Source: Lytechinus pictus
Taxonomy: Eukaryota
Direction of reading: 5' to 3'
Assembly (NCBI RefSeq): GCF_037042905.1
Contig: NC_087252.1
Location: forward strand, 8,744,001 to 8,808,000
DNA length: 64,000 nt
A program made the position numbers and the translations under genes. Positions 1 through 13,262 of the stretch are shown one piece after another. Each line of letters opens with the position of its first letter. Position 1 is the first letter of the stretch. Under the pieces are notes generated by a model. That model did not search any database. It saw only the letters and a program-made list of their open reading frames with translations, and was not told the origin of the DNA.

Positions 1-774
1 ATTAATGCCTAATAAGGGAGCGAAATCTGATGATATTATGGTCTGAAAACTGGACATTTCAAGCACTTTTATCGTTATGAATAGAATGCATCAAGTTAAC
101 ATATTTCAACTATTAATGCGAGCGCAGATCGCTAGCCAAAATTATTTGATAAACTGTCATGAAAAAGGGATTTTAAGTAGTTTGTTGTATAATCAAAGAG
201 ACATACATAACTCGCCAATCAAAATTCGAGCGTGCAGCACTATCTGATGCGTTTTGAAGATAAGACCAGAAAAGGGATATTTTGGAACTTTATGGAATAC
301 ACGAAAATAATAGGTACCTGATAAATCAAAATTTGCGAGCGCGCAGCACGAGCAGAAAATATTAATATTCAGACCATAAAACTGACATTTTTACAAAGCA
401 CTTTTAAAAAATCAATTTGTAAATCACACAAAATGATAAAAGTTCGATTTCCGAGGTGAAATATGTTTTGTATATTGACTTCCAAACGTAAACTTGATAT
501 TTAAACTCCATATTGAACAAGATATGAAAATCACCTAACAGGCAATGCGAGCGCGAAGCGCAAACGAACATTGTATAGAGTGACATGAAAGATTATTTTC
601 ATTTTCCAAGTCTTCCCCTCATCTTATTTTATGCACTCGTCTTTCTCCTCTTTTTTTCTCCTCTCTTTTCCCTCTACTTTCCCCCTTTTTTCTTTTCTTT
701 CCTTTTTTTCTTTTTTGCTCTACCTATAGGGGAGGGGGGGGCAGGCCCCTCGGGCCCCCCTGGATCCGCCTATG
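1..774. mobile_element. Partial non-autonomous hAT-like element with ~85-90 bp internal tandem repeats
   Basis: Repeated GCGAGCGCG(A/C)AGC motifs; terminal ...CCCCCCTGGATCCGCCTATG. Same repeat family as 14840-16240, 30105-30570 and 36550-37370. Confidence 0.6.
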
Positions 775-1543
775 AATTAACTTAAGTTGAAGCCTACTTA
801 ATAAGGAAATCTAAACTTGGTTTAAAATTACTTTTGCAAAATGTGCATAAATAACGGGGAAATGAAACTAAAAAGTAGAAAGAAATTATACTACGCAATG
901 TGAAATAAATAGAGACATTTAATATACAGTGTACATTTACAACTGGTTGTTATGAAATGAAATGTTTGTGTGAGCTAATTTGCCTGGATTTAGCCCTACA
1001 ATTTTCATAATCCTTGACACATCAGCAGGGAGATAAATCGATCCGTTATGCATATTGCTCATCAATTTGATCCTTTGAATAAACTCGGAGAACAAAAATA
1101 CTAAAAGTTCCATTCAATTTTATTTCATGATAAAAATACAAGCTAAAATAAATATACAATGAAATAGAACGCTATTGGGGTCTTATCAAATGCTGCCACC
1201 AATCATATACAAACAATTAAAACCGATTAATTTACAAAAACATATGAAAATAAGTAAAAGTTATTATCACGATGATTATTATAATTTTTGTTATAGTATT
1301 ACCTAGAAAAAAAACCCTCTAAAATTCACATTCCTCACCAAGTCATACCGAAATGCAAAAGCATTATCACTAGGCCTGTTATACAGAAATGCGTAAGACG
1401 TTATTATATAGGAGCAGTAATTTCGACCACCTTCTTTCACTAAAGTCTATAACAAAGCTTAGTGGATGTCAGAAATGAAGATTATGATGAGAATAACACA
1501 CGCTTGACAAGTTGTCATCGGACATGTTGGACATGCTGAAAGT

Positions 1544-1742
1544 GGGCAATTTCATAAAATATGTACGTCCGACCCCCTTTATGTGGGACCTTCCTGAAAT
1601 TTTCTGTCTCTGATTTCTTGTTCTTTTGACAGTCTGTAATGCTCTCAAATGACCATGGCTTAATTGGCCATTTTATGAAGTAAAACTTGAGAAAACTGGT
1701 GGTCGGACGTACAAAAAGGTTGATTATTTTATGGAATTGCCC
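1544..1742. mobile_element. MITE with GGG termini and 4-bp TSD (Sola2-like)
   Basis: TIR GGGCAATT(T/C)CATAAAAT plus inner GTACGTCCGACC inverted pair; AAGT on both sides. Confidence 0.7.
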
Positions 1743-2913
1743 AAGTGCAGATACATTGAATCATATGTGTGGGTATGCGAAACAAAAAGTATCAAATTGG
1801 TAGATTTACGTTTAATCATTGCATACTGATGGAGGAGGGGGGGGGGGCTTCATTGGATCCAAGGACTCCCAAAAAGTTTCCCAACCAGGAAAAAACAAAA
1901 TGGAAGAAAAAGGGCTACATTTATATCATCTTCTGCGTCAAAATCGATCCGAAAAATAAGATTTTTGTTTTAAAAGGGTCAAGATGTTTGCGAGTCGTGT
2001 TTGAACAATATCCCATAAGCCATGTAAGGCCATCTCGCCTTTTTGGCTCATTACGCCACTGGGTTCAATTACATTTTGAAACAAAAATGAACTTTCGGAA
2101 TCCTAAGACATCTGAAGTTCATCTGAAGTAAGCGTGAGAACAAGATGGTTCTAAATACACCGCTGCAACCAATCATAAACACATCGAAAAACTTAAAGCA
2201 GTGAACGTTGATCCATTTTAAAATGGTGGGGGGGGGGGCAAAAAATATAATGTTAAAGATTTTCTTGAGCAATTATAGTACATATTCATAAATTACAACT
2301 CATATGACTCTATGATATGCTAATTATCCCAAGCCGTATGTCACAAAAAGATTTATTTCATATAATTCTTTAAAAGAATTATATGGAATAAATTTGAACT
2401 TCAAAGCTATTAAGTTTGAAATATCATAAATGGGGCCTACATGCCTAATATTTTAAGAACAATCACCGCACAGAAGTTTTGGCCTCACTTTCCTGGTATG
2501 TTTAACTTTGTGTCACATGAAAATTATCAAATCACACCAGTGTTTCGGGTGATCTGGAATGTAATCATTACTATAACTATTAAAACCCCGGAGCAATTAC
2601 CATGACTATCAACACAACCTCAGCTCCCCCACTCAGTTAAAAGCTTATCTCTTGACCAAACAATAATATATATTTTTTTCCAATACTGGCCTTGCAATAT
2701 CTGAGAAGAGACGTGACATGATCATAAACATCAAATAAATGTCACTACATATTATAACTGCACGCATGAAGAATATAAATTAAATTACGATAGTATTTTA
2801 TTTAAAAAAATTCCGAAATTATTGTCCATAATTAACGAGACTTAAATCACATGATTTAGCGTTTTGAAAAGAACTTACCAATCTCACTCAGCCCGAAAAT
2901 GAGCAATGTGATC

Positions 2914-3446
2914 CCGGGGAGGGGGGGGGGGTGGTAGGGGGCACTCGACCAAAAAAGTGGTGGGGGTGTGCCGCGGGCGAGACAAAAAACGGGGGCCTTG
3001 GAGCGGGCTTATTGTAAAAAGGAGGGTCCTCGGAACGGGCTTCGGAACTACAAATGTTTGTGAAAACGTGGGTCCTTGGAACGGGTCGCCTGCGTGCGAG
3101 TGCGTATGCATCCCTATGGAACGTGCATGCAGCTGGGCTACGGCATGACTGGCGGGCACGCTAGCGCAGAGGCGATGGTTAGACAGCGAGCTGCGGCCGC
3201 TTTTCACCAAAATTGCGACCGGAACAGCGTAAGGGAAAATATGCGAAACCCTGGAGCGGATTTTTTTTTCTTCTTTTTTCTCGAGAAGAAGAAATGGCTA
3301 TGGTTTGGAGCGGCTTTCTTTGTTCTTTTTCTCAATAAGACAAAAATGCTATGCCTCGGAACGGAAATTTAAGTGTAAAAATGGGGGTCCCCTCCGCGGC
3401 ACATACCCACTATGCATTATATACTGAGTGCCCCACCCCCCCCCGG
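2914..3446. mobile_element. MITE with 9-bp TSD (Mutator-like)
   Basis: CCGGGG(G)n..GGGGCACTC / GAGTGCCCC..CCCCGG termini; AATGTGATC duplicated at 2905-2913 and 3447-3455. Confidence 0.75.
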
Positions 3447-6007
3447 AATGTGATCAATAATGCGGCTTCCATTACCACAATCTAAATTTCAGACCGGTTG
3501 TCTGTAGAGTCGACTTTTTGTTTCTTCTTTTTACAAACTGAGCAAAATGAGTTATTTAGTCCAGTTTTATTTCCTCCTTTGGTGATGGCGCCGTGCGTAT
3601 ACGTTTCCCGCTAGAAGATCATAGGGGATTCTGCGAATTATCAAAATATGAAGTAGTAAACTAAAGTGCATATAAGGTCTTCGACTCTGATCCGATAAAC
3701 CCAATGTCGTAAATTTCCATATGAAGGGAAACTTACACACGTCTCATTAAAAAAAAAACATGCAACGACACATATCGTACATAAATTTAAGATTTTTTTT
3801 CACGTACAGGTGAATTGGTAATTACCATGTATAAAGATGTGAAATGAATATATAAATAAAATACAATTTTACATGAGGGGGCTGCAGGCTTTTAATAAAC
3901 GTCTTGGTAATATCTACTTATATAAAATCTTATTTTCGGCGAGGATCAGATATGCGTACGGTTTATGTGGTGCATAATTATGAAGAAATCCAAGAATACC
4001 CAAGCGGTTTTACGCTCCCCAACCATTTCGAAATATCGTAGCTCAACTCATGCAGGAAGAGGATGACAAGACTTATACACGGCGGTTAGTGGACGTAAAC
4101 AGAACCTCTTATTTATAGAGTTTAGCCATTTTCATTCGTTGGGTTGAAAAACGTTTTGCAATTTATTTTTGAGTTGTACTCCCCTAATGACGCAATTCGC
4201 GCCATTGAAAACGAATTGGTCAATCTCTATAATATTGGGATCACAGGCCTAAAACATTTCTTAGACTCGTGTGTTTAAGTGGCACTTAAAAAAAATCATA
4301 AAGAATAAGGAGGAAATTAGAGGTTTGAATGTTCACTATCAGTGGATAGGATATATGTCTGACATTCCATATCTGACCAGAAAGGGTACCTCGACTGGCT
4401 CATTTAAAGATAAATCGGCATTTATGAAGACTACAACAGACAAGATCAAAATGACCCTGATTATTCCACCAGTCAAAAAATAACTCCGAAGTGGTAATGT
4501 ATCTTTCCAATTTGGAAAAAAGGAAGTTCGGTAGGTACCCTGCCTAGAATCAGTGTTAGATTGTCAATCATATTCATTCATTTTTGTCAATCAGCAATAT
4601 CAAATTTAAAAATTGAGATTGGGTAAGTTCGAATAAATATCCTTTGCCTGCCAGTTCTAATTAGGCCCGTGTAAGCTAGGGCACTGACTGCTCCCATCTT
4701 TTTGGACAAACCGTCAATACCTGCCATCTAAAACCATGTAACCCGTCGCTGTGTTTTAAGGGGTCCTGAGTAAGAAACGCTGAATTTTCGTCCAATTCCT
4801 TCTCTGAATGTTGAGGGCGCATTTTGCTTTTATATCAGGACTATTGATGGGGTGGTACAAATAGATGCGTCAGGCCCCTGGAAATTAATTTTTGAAGAGG
4901 GGGTGCTGTTTGGAAAAACATGACAAGCAAAAAAAATAAAATAAATAAGTTTTGCGCTCTAAAATGAAGGTGATTTTGGTCAAATTTCAACTTTTTAGCA
5001 TTTCAAAAATAACCTGATTTCTAGCAGTGTCTAGTAGGTGCTGCTTATTGTGTATAACATATAGGCAGCACCTCTTAGAAAAATCTTGGGGATGCAGAAG
5101 CACCCCCAGCACGCCCGCCTTCCAGGACCATGCGACGAGTGTTCAAACCTGCCGGCAAAAATGAGTTTCATGACATTTGCTCCGGCGACAAATTACTCCG
5201 CTGCCCTTTCCGCACATTAATTGATAGGCATGACCAGCTTCAACCCAGGATTTACAACTATACCCTATCCTAAATCAAACATAGAACCATGTTACAACTC
5301 TAACCATAACCCTTTATCTTAGACGAAATAAAGCCCGAAGCAACTGTTGCCACAGCAATTGTCGTGTCATCGCCAATGTGAGACAAACACATGTAAATCG
5401 CGCGAGCTTATTTGGGGTCAAGCTGCCTGTAATAATCAATTTGGTCTTTCTCACCTTCTGCGCTGGCGTGTAGGCAGACAAGGCGGGGTTAGGGACAGGG
5501 CTATGTGTCATCCCAAAAGTACCACGACCAAGCGGAAAAAGGGAGTTTTAAAGCAAATCAATAAAATTCAAGGGACGATCGACGTATGATAATTTTTTTC
5601 TCAACATCGTGTAAAAAGCAATAACAAATTGGATTTGACAAACCGAGGTAAACATTTTCACTCGGTCGCAATTCATTTGTCGAATTGCCCCCACCCTGCC
5701 CATAGATATACACCATAAATTTCTCTTTTTCTTTCTTTCTTGCCTTTTTCTGTCTCCTTTAAAAGCGCATAGGGACGCATTTGGCAGTGATATGCGCTAT
5801 ATAAGCATGTTGGTATTATTATTATTATTATTAGTGCCCCTGTGCTTTTTGGTTAATGCAAATCTGATTCCAGGAACGATGTGTGCAAGGGGGAATTTGC
5901 ATTCGTATAGGAAAATACATATTCATTACACGTTGTGCGTAGCTTCCAATGCAGATAGCAATCTGGAGAAGAAAAAAGAAAGTCCCTTTGGAAAAATGGA
6001 CCATTGT

Positions 6008-6801
6008 TCAACGCTTGATATTCTGGTAATGGGGGATGTCTATTGATTCCGCATCAGAACCTTCCCACTCCGAGTGTCCCTGACGTAGAGAGGTGTGGCA
6101 AGTGGGGTAAAGCTTGAGATGGTGGCGCTTATGACCATGACTTGGAATGCTGTCATAATAAGGTTGGTCACAACGGGAAGAAGGGGAACGGCCAAAGGGT
6201 CGCAGGGCATTACCGAGGTGTCTATCATTCCCGGATGATGTTGCCATGGGAACAGACATCTTTGGCTCATCAACGGGATCGATATGTATGGCGTGTTCAC
6301 TTGTACGATACCATTTTGTCATGTCGTAGTGCTCGTGATCGATCGTCGACTGAGAGGCATCGTCATCACCATCGACTGAGTTGTCGTGTATCGACGCCTT
6401 TGTTTCGACTGCTGTAGCACATGTAGGAAGGTAGAGTCGTGGGCTTGGCGTACGATCGATGATCTGGTTAGCACGAATCCCACCACGGTCAAGGTCTCTG
6501 CTGTCTATACCTATCGAAGTCATGGCTTCCTTTTCACTCACTTGATATTCAGAGGCATGCCCTGTTGATCGACTCCCGCGTCGATGTCTCCGACGACAGA
6601 GATATACTATACAGGCACAGCAGATTAATATGATGACCAGGGATAGTACGAAGATGATCTTGAATGGTAAATTTACGTGTGGATCACCAGGAGGTTGAGA
6701 AGGATCCATAGTAGATTGATGGAGAGCATGCTCGGTACCGATTGGAGATGAGGTAGAAGAATGGTCTGTCGTCATGATCTGGGTGGATATTCTGTCTTGA
6801 C
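6008..6801 (-). CDS. WSC-domain membrane protein, last coding exon (stalk, TM helix, cytoplasmic tail)
   Basis: Part of the 274-aa ORF; phase-1 acceptor gaag|gt. S/T/P-rich stalk, TM IIFVLSLVIILICCACIVYLC, stop-transfer RRRHRR, and a tail with YQV, YDMT, YYDSI and YQNI. The exact acceptor is less certain. Confidence 0.75.
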
Positions 6802-8043
6802 CTTCAGTGTTGATATAGGTAGAGATATGCAAACAAATGAAACGAAAAAAAAAATTATCTTGCTGAACATTTCCATCTTCCGATGAAAGCTCATTTTAAG
6901 GCCTGTGCAGGGAACTGTGTAGACGAATGTTGATCCTGTGTGCAAGACATGGTACTCTGTAGTCTGTTCCTTTGCACAGGACCTTCTTCATAGTTAAGTT
7001 ACCATGGCAGTAAATCGAAAACGCAAAGTGGTTGCCTCCTTTTTTGTTTTACCTTTCCCACAGCAGTCACCTCAATGTATGCCAACTGTTAATTAGAGGG
7101 CACGTTATTGTCACTATGAATATCTTTCTTTTATAACAGTACAATATAATGATGGCTATCTTTATTAATTTTCATATCATCGTGTTTTGTTTTCTTATAG
7201 TGTTCAAGTTAAGATTATTATAATTGATATAATCAGTCAAGTTTGTGATATTTTTCCTATAATTTCATGTGTGTCTCCACATATACAGTATAATGTTAAT
7301 TTATTTCACATGTCCCAGTTGGATTTTGCAGATTTCAAGCGATATTTATCCCTCCCCCCCCCCCCTCCCCCCCCCCTCCCCCCCTCTCTCTCTCACCATT
7401 ACCCTTGTGAAAATGAAAATAAAGAAATAGATATTCACCAATTTCGTCTGTCAGCACCATCGTTTCGGTTGTCCAGGAAAGAACTGAAAAGCCACAATAG
7501 AAATATAATCCTAACTTTGTGTTTGAGTCATTTACACCTACAAATACAAAGTGCACCACAATTTTATTTTCATGAAGGCCTAATGTAATCAACAAATATT
7601 TTTTTGAATAGTAGAACTCAGGCTAATGAATGACCGACGCATTTGTAATAGCTCTATGATTTGTCGGAAAAGAGTATGTGTATCATATACATGTATGAGG
7701 GTCGCAGTTGCACTGGTTATGAGTTCCGGTAGCATATCTTAAATGAAATTGGAAAAGCTGATCGACATTTTGGTTGGGTTGTTATGATAATTTGCAAGAC
7801 ATGAGTAGGGCCTACTAAGGCTTTAGAATTTCTGGGTATAGTCATCACCTAACTCACCCCTCCCCGTACTCATACGGACGGTACGTGGACATTTACCTTA
7901 TGTTCGCCCTGAAACAATAATATACGTAGATCAATTAAATAAAGTGCAATGATTGCCCCCATCTCTTTTTTTTTGCATTTATAATTCATTAGTGATATCA
8001 TATTTTGTTTCTGTTTATAATCGTTGATAATTCTCAATCTCAC

Positions 8044-8325
8044 CTTCATAAATCTGCATAACGTTATCGCCCCCGCACAGTTGAAAATTTTCCGTGTCGA
8101 AACAGGGAATACCACAATGGTTATCACATACGCGTTTGTCTGTATAAGGTGCGTCACATACGAAATTTCCACACAGGCAAACTGTCCCTTGAAGAAGACC
8201 AGCGAATGCGCAGTAGGACATAGCGCATTGTTCTGCGCATGTCCCAATATCCATGCCAGAGCTGTTGTAGATTCCACATTCCAAGGTTAAACAGTCAGAA
8301 TGGTAGCATCCAAGGTAAGGAAAAT
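8044..8325 (-). CDS. WSC-domain membrane protein, exon 2 (WSC domain)
   Basis: Acceptor cgcag|, donor G|gtgag, phase 1-1. DFPYLGCYHSD...MDIGTCAEQCAMSYCAFAGLLQGTVCLCGN...CGIPC...LCGGDNVMQIYE matches the WSC pattern (YLGCY, C-x3-C, AGL-x2-G-x2-CxCG, CGG...IY). Confidence 0.85.
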
Positions 8326-8472
8326 CTGCGATAATAACAACGATAAAATAACGAATACACTGTAAGTGATAGTGTTATTTGGTGGGGGGGGGGGGGACTC
8401 CTAGAATTTTTCGATGTGTAATAAAGGGGGAACAAGAAGGGGAGAAAAATTAAAGAAAACAAAACAATTCTG

Positions 8473-8643
8473 GGTGGTGTTTCATAAAGCTGTTCGTAAA
8501 GTTACGCACAACTTTAACATGTTTAAGAACGACTGGAACATGTTCTTATACATAAGTCAGCTATATCATATAGCACAAGAAAGGGTCACCAGTCGTTCGT
8601 AAAGTCATTCGTAACTTACGAACAGCTTTATGAAACGGGGCCC
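8473..8643. mobile_element. Palindromic Harbinger-like MITE
   Basis: TIR GTTTCATAAAGCTGTTCGTAA; CTG flanks on both sides. Confidence 0.65.
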
Positions 8644-9302
8644 CTGGATCCATCCCTGATTACATTGTAATTTATGATAGTTCAATCAATCATGAGCGGG
8701 GATTTGATGTTGAGTTGAAGGGGCGGAGGACCCATTTTCACATCTATAAATGGGTATCAAGAAGTCAACATGATTAAAGTGGGATAATCTTTGCGAGAAA
8801 AAAAATCTGCAGGGAAATGAAATTTTACTATAAACGTAGAATCTTGGTCTTTGAAATAGCTATAATAGTGACAGATTTAATTTTGGAATCGTCTTTTTAC
8901 AAATAGAAAAACATGGTCTATACGACGTTAATAAGCTTTAGACTACAAGGGGTGATAGTCCAGGCTAGAAGATGTATAACCTTGTTTTTTCATATACACA
9001 ATATTTTGTTTATGGCCAGATTTACATTTGTTTGTTTCCTTTCAACAATATTTTCAATATATAATCAAAGTAACAATAAATATTCAATGTAATACAGACA
9101 GTTCATTTTCACAAAAAAATCATTTTCACAAAAGCGAGCACTAAAATAATAGTAATTGTGATCTATGAGTGAAGTAATGTCTGAAAACATGATTGCAAAC
9201 GAAATACTTAATTTGTTATGTCATGTTTGTGATGACAAATGATAAATGCTGTATTTTGATATTCAAAATGGCCTCCACACCCCCTAACACTATTATGTAA
9301 AA

Positions 9303-10415
9303 TGATTTGATTTGATTTGATTAAGTTTTTCTTCTGCATCCATAACAATGATATACAATACAATTTTCATTACGTACCAAACATAATATATCAGTTATTG
9401 ATTTTTGTATTAATCATAAAGAAAAAATACAAAATAAAAAAGTCATTCTAAACAAATATGATCTACTACCAACAAAGAAAATTTAACATTTACTGTTTGC
9501 AGGAGAAGGATTGTCATTATAAGCAGATTGCTTGAAAAAAAATGAAAACCCCGGAATAAAACTCATTGAATTAATACATACATTTATAAAGCAGAATGGA
9601 AATGTTATTTTGTTCATAATTTTATAAAGATGAAGATGGAGATGAATAAGGATGATGGTGATAATGGTGAAAATGAAGGCCATGATGAAGATGGAGTTGA
9701 TGATGATGATGATGATCAGTGGCGGACCGTGACCCGGAGGAGACAAAGCATTGGAGGGGCACAGCATTGTTCACAAACAATACAGTGCCCCTCCAATGAT
9801 TTGTCTTCTCCGGGTCACGGTCCGCCACTGATGATGATGATGATGGCCATGGGAGAGTGTTTGGTGATGATTAAATCACAGGAAAAGTGATTTAATGATT
9901 AACTGAAATACTGACTCAGAAAACTTACTTTAAATATTCTGATAATAACATGGATTTAACATTTGCCTTGAATGAGTAAAGAGATAAACATTTTTTGATA
10001 GACTCTGGTAGAGAGTTCCATAAATCGGGACCGTGGTGTCTTATAGATCTCTGTGCAATGAGCAATTTTGGGTTGATTAAGTGAAAATTTGAAGAGTTCC
10101 GTGTAGGGTATGAATGAATAGATGTGTTCATTGTATAAATATTGTAGAATGAAGATGGAAGCATGTTATTTATGTACTTGAACATCAGCAGTAAACTTTG
10201 AAGTGAATTTATGTCAAATACTGTAAGAGTCTTTAGTTTATGGAATAATGGGTTTGTGTGTGCTAAATACTGTGAATCAGTACAAATTCGAATAGTTTTT
10301 TTCTGTAATAAATATATTGTATTAATTTTGGTTTTTGCACAGGTTGCCCAAACTATATTGCAGTACGATATATAGGGTAAAATTAATGACCCTTGTGGAA
10401 CTCCACACATGTGAA
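9303..10415 (-). mobile_element. 5'-truncated, internally deleted L2/CR1-type LINE
   Basis: ORF 9925-10410 reads CGVPQGS/LILPYISYCNIVW...GPDLWNSLP...SFK (LINE RT C-terminus); (AATCA)n tail at 9303-9322. Confidence 0.85.
9717..9830. mobile_element. 114-bp hairpin MITE (hAT-like) inserted in a (GAT)n tract
   Basis: Near-perfect palindrome CAGTGGCGGACCGTGACCCGGAG...CTCCGGGTCACGGTCCGCCACTG; ATGATGAT on both sides. Confidence 0.8.
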
Positions 10416-11520
10416 TGTGAATAAAAAAAAATCACAAGAATGAGCATTAAAATGCATTTTATTAAGATAAAGGAGTGGAATACTGACTAAAAACATATTG
10501 TTAACGAAATTTATTTTATAAATATGCCATGTATGTGATAAAAATCCTGTATTTTGATTTTTCAAATGGCCGCCCAATGCTCTAACAGTAGGCATATTGT
10601 GTACAAAGTGAGAGAGGACAAAAACAATCACAAGAGTGAGCACTAAAATGCATGTAGGTCTATTAGTGGTAAATTAGTGGGATACTGCCTAACATGTAAT
10701 TCTTAACGAAATATATCATTCAGGTTTTATGTTTGTGTTAAATACTGTATTTTGACTTTCAAAGTGGCCGCCATAGATTTTGAGTGTATTATGTACAATC
10801 GAACTGGGAAACCAATTTTCACAGGAGTTAGCACCATAAAATGCATATTATTGTGATCCATGAGTAAAATATTATCTAAAACAATATTCTGAAAAGATAT
10901 AACACATATTCTGCAAGGTAGGTGATTCATACTGTATTTTGAAAGTCACGAGAGAATGCACACCCCCCCCCCCCCCTCCGGATCGTCAAATAATCAACAG
11001 ATAGCTCACTCATTGACAGTTGTCATTGTTTTACAAGCGTGTCCTGTCACAGGCATTAGACTTGTGGGGAATTATTCTAAGGGCATTTTTCTGTATTGTG
11101 AAAAGAATAGAATTATGTACAATGGGGGTAGGGGTGCTAGAATTTATTTCGAACTTAATTTTTGAACTGAGGAAAAATGTTTGAATGAATGAAGGTTTTA
11201 TGCTATGATCCCTGTATATAAAAGAATGCTGTAAGAAATTATGTCATTAACTTCCGAACAGCATAATCAGAGCATGATAGGGGAAGCTAGGATTATTCTA
11301 TTATGTGCCTAATGATAGATAATTCATAGGCCCTATGATTTCCATAATATCACACAAGGAATCCCAAACCTATCACCACAAATAAATAACAACATCGGAT
11401 TGAACGTGTGTTGCAATCATTAATACGGAGAACACAATAAACATGACCTAGAACCATATATTGATCTATATATAATTTTTTTTGGATTTTGCTTTAAAAA
11501 AATTATTTTCTTCTTCTCAC

Positions 11521-11644
11521 CTTTTGATTCTTGTGCCCAAGATACGCCTTCATCGCAATCATTTGTCACATTCTGTAATAAGAAAACCGGGGTCAAACAC
11601 AAATGCAGAGTGAGAAAAACGAGCGCCTGCGCTTCTCTCGCCAT
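11521..11644 (-). CDS. WSC-domain single-pass membrane protein, exon 1 (signal peptide)
   Basis: MAREAQALVFLTLHLCLTPVFLLQ...QESK has a hydrophobic N-terminus and ends at a phase-1 donor G|gtgag. The phase matches exon 2. Confidence 0.7.
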
Positions 11645-11831
11645 TTTGTTTCACTGGCATAGGCTAGTTAACCTCAAATCTCAATATAAAACATGTATTG
11701 TAATAGAAAGATGGTCAACGGCGTTATGTGTCCGATCCACTATCGTATCGGTGGGGATGTCGGGTGGGGGGGGGGGTGCAAAGTGCCACCCCCACAAAAT
11801 ATCGAAAACATTTTCTGCAGTTTCCTTTCGA

Positions 11832-12334
11832 AGGGGAAGTCACTCTGACAACATAAGTTGGTTTTGCTAAAAGCAGAAACAATAAAGAAACTGTTGGTGA
11901 AGGTTTCATAAAAAAAATCCATCAAAGAATATTAAAAAGAGTTGTCATTTCATTTTATAATCTGTGACGTCATTTGCGAGCAGTTTCCCCATAATCATGT
12001 AATATGTAATAAATACATTTTCAGTTTTAATGGAATATGCTGAATATAAATTTTCTTTTTTTCTTTTTTACAGAAGGGGTATGAAATAATTTGTATGATG
12101 TCATATAAACACAGCACATATAAAAAAACACTTTTTCTTGTTTATAAAATGGCATTTTGGGAATTGATATTATGCGACATAACATGGAGGAGCTGCATGC
12201 CTGTGAATTTAGACTATAAAACTTTATAATTTCCTAACTTTGTTTTTCTTTGATGGATTTTCTTTAAAACTTTACCAACAGTCTTTTTTTCTATTTTTTT
12301 TTATTCAAAAACATTATCAGGGTAAACTTTCCCT
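11832..12334. mobile_element. Degenerate Kolobok-like MITE upstream of the WSC gene
   Basis: AGGGGAAGTCACTCTGA...TCAGGGTAAACTTTCCCT termini; related partial copy near 46080-46465. Confidence 0.5.
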
Positions 12335-12644
12335 TTATCATTTGCTAATAAGCTGCTCAGTTAAGAAAGAGTGATGACCAATGATATAAACAAAAAATAA
12401 AAAGAAAAGAAAAGAGAAGAACAATTTTCAGATTTTTTTGCCCCTACTGTCACGGTTTACCGGGAACACCACTGATTTCATTATGTGATCATTCTTTTTG
12501 TAGAACATACTGTAAGCTCTCACTTTCCATTCCTCAGTATGTTGGGCACGGAAACTAACACAAGCGTAATAGCCAACATTTTTGTGGGGGCAGACATGGC
12601 GTATTGGGCAAACTTGATAAAAGCTGCGAGCGAACGAGTTAAAC

Positions 12645-12820
12645 AAAAATGTTGGGCAACATAGTTACTGTCTACACAACAATTGGTTAAAATTTCATCC
12701 AATTCTGGGTATTTTTACACCAATAAAACTACACAGTATTGGTTGAAAACTACCCAGAGTTGGATAAATTCTTTAACCAATTGTTGTGTGGACAGTATGT
12801 TGCCCAATATTTTAAGAGTA
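12645..12820. repeat. Palindromic MITE remnant
   Basis: TTGGGCAACATA..ACTGTCTACACAACAATTGGTTAAA..CCAATTCTGGGTA mirrored around ~12735. Confidence 0.65.
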
Positions 12821-13034
12821 AACTTTTGATTCTTTTTATACAAGATTCTAAATTTGTGATATATTTTGACATAATATTCAGAAAAGAACATAATACCCTT
12901 TTCCCTGTCATTTTCTTTTGTTTTACTTTTAATTTTAGAGAGTAACGTCTATTATTATTTTGATAAAAAATTAACCAATCCATTCCTTGTCCAATCTCCA
13001 TTCCATGGGCGAAGAGGGGAGTATATAGACGAAT

Positions 13035-13262
13035 ACCGTGTTTACACAGTGACTCGGCTCGAGTGTTGAATCCTCAAGCAGGGTCGAACGCTCCGAAGAG
13101 GGCAACTGTGATCGCGTTTACACTGAAACAAAAAAGGCGATTTCGACACGGCCCGCGGATCACGAACGGAAGTAGAATAGACGTCATAAATAAATGCCGT
13201 ACGCTCGCATGTCGACCCCCCCCCCCCTCCCCACCCGAGCCGAGTCACCGTGCAAACACGCT
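13035..13262. mobile_element. Harbinger-like MITE
   Basis: TIR CGTGTTT(A/G)CAC(A/G)GTGACTCGGCTCG; 3-bp TSD AAT. Confidence 0.7.

Larger units (their letters stand above)
9120..10945. repeat. Diverged ~190-200 bp tandem repeat interrupted by the LINE
   Basis: Units with TCACAAGAGTGAGCACTAAAATG...CTGTATTTTGA..TTCAAA(A/G)TGGCC at about 9125, 10430, 10625 and 10815. Confidence 0.6.

Noticed and set aside
9630..9890. Acidic and His-rich ORFs
   Set aside because: Products of a (GAT)n tract plus a palindromic MITE.
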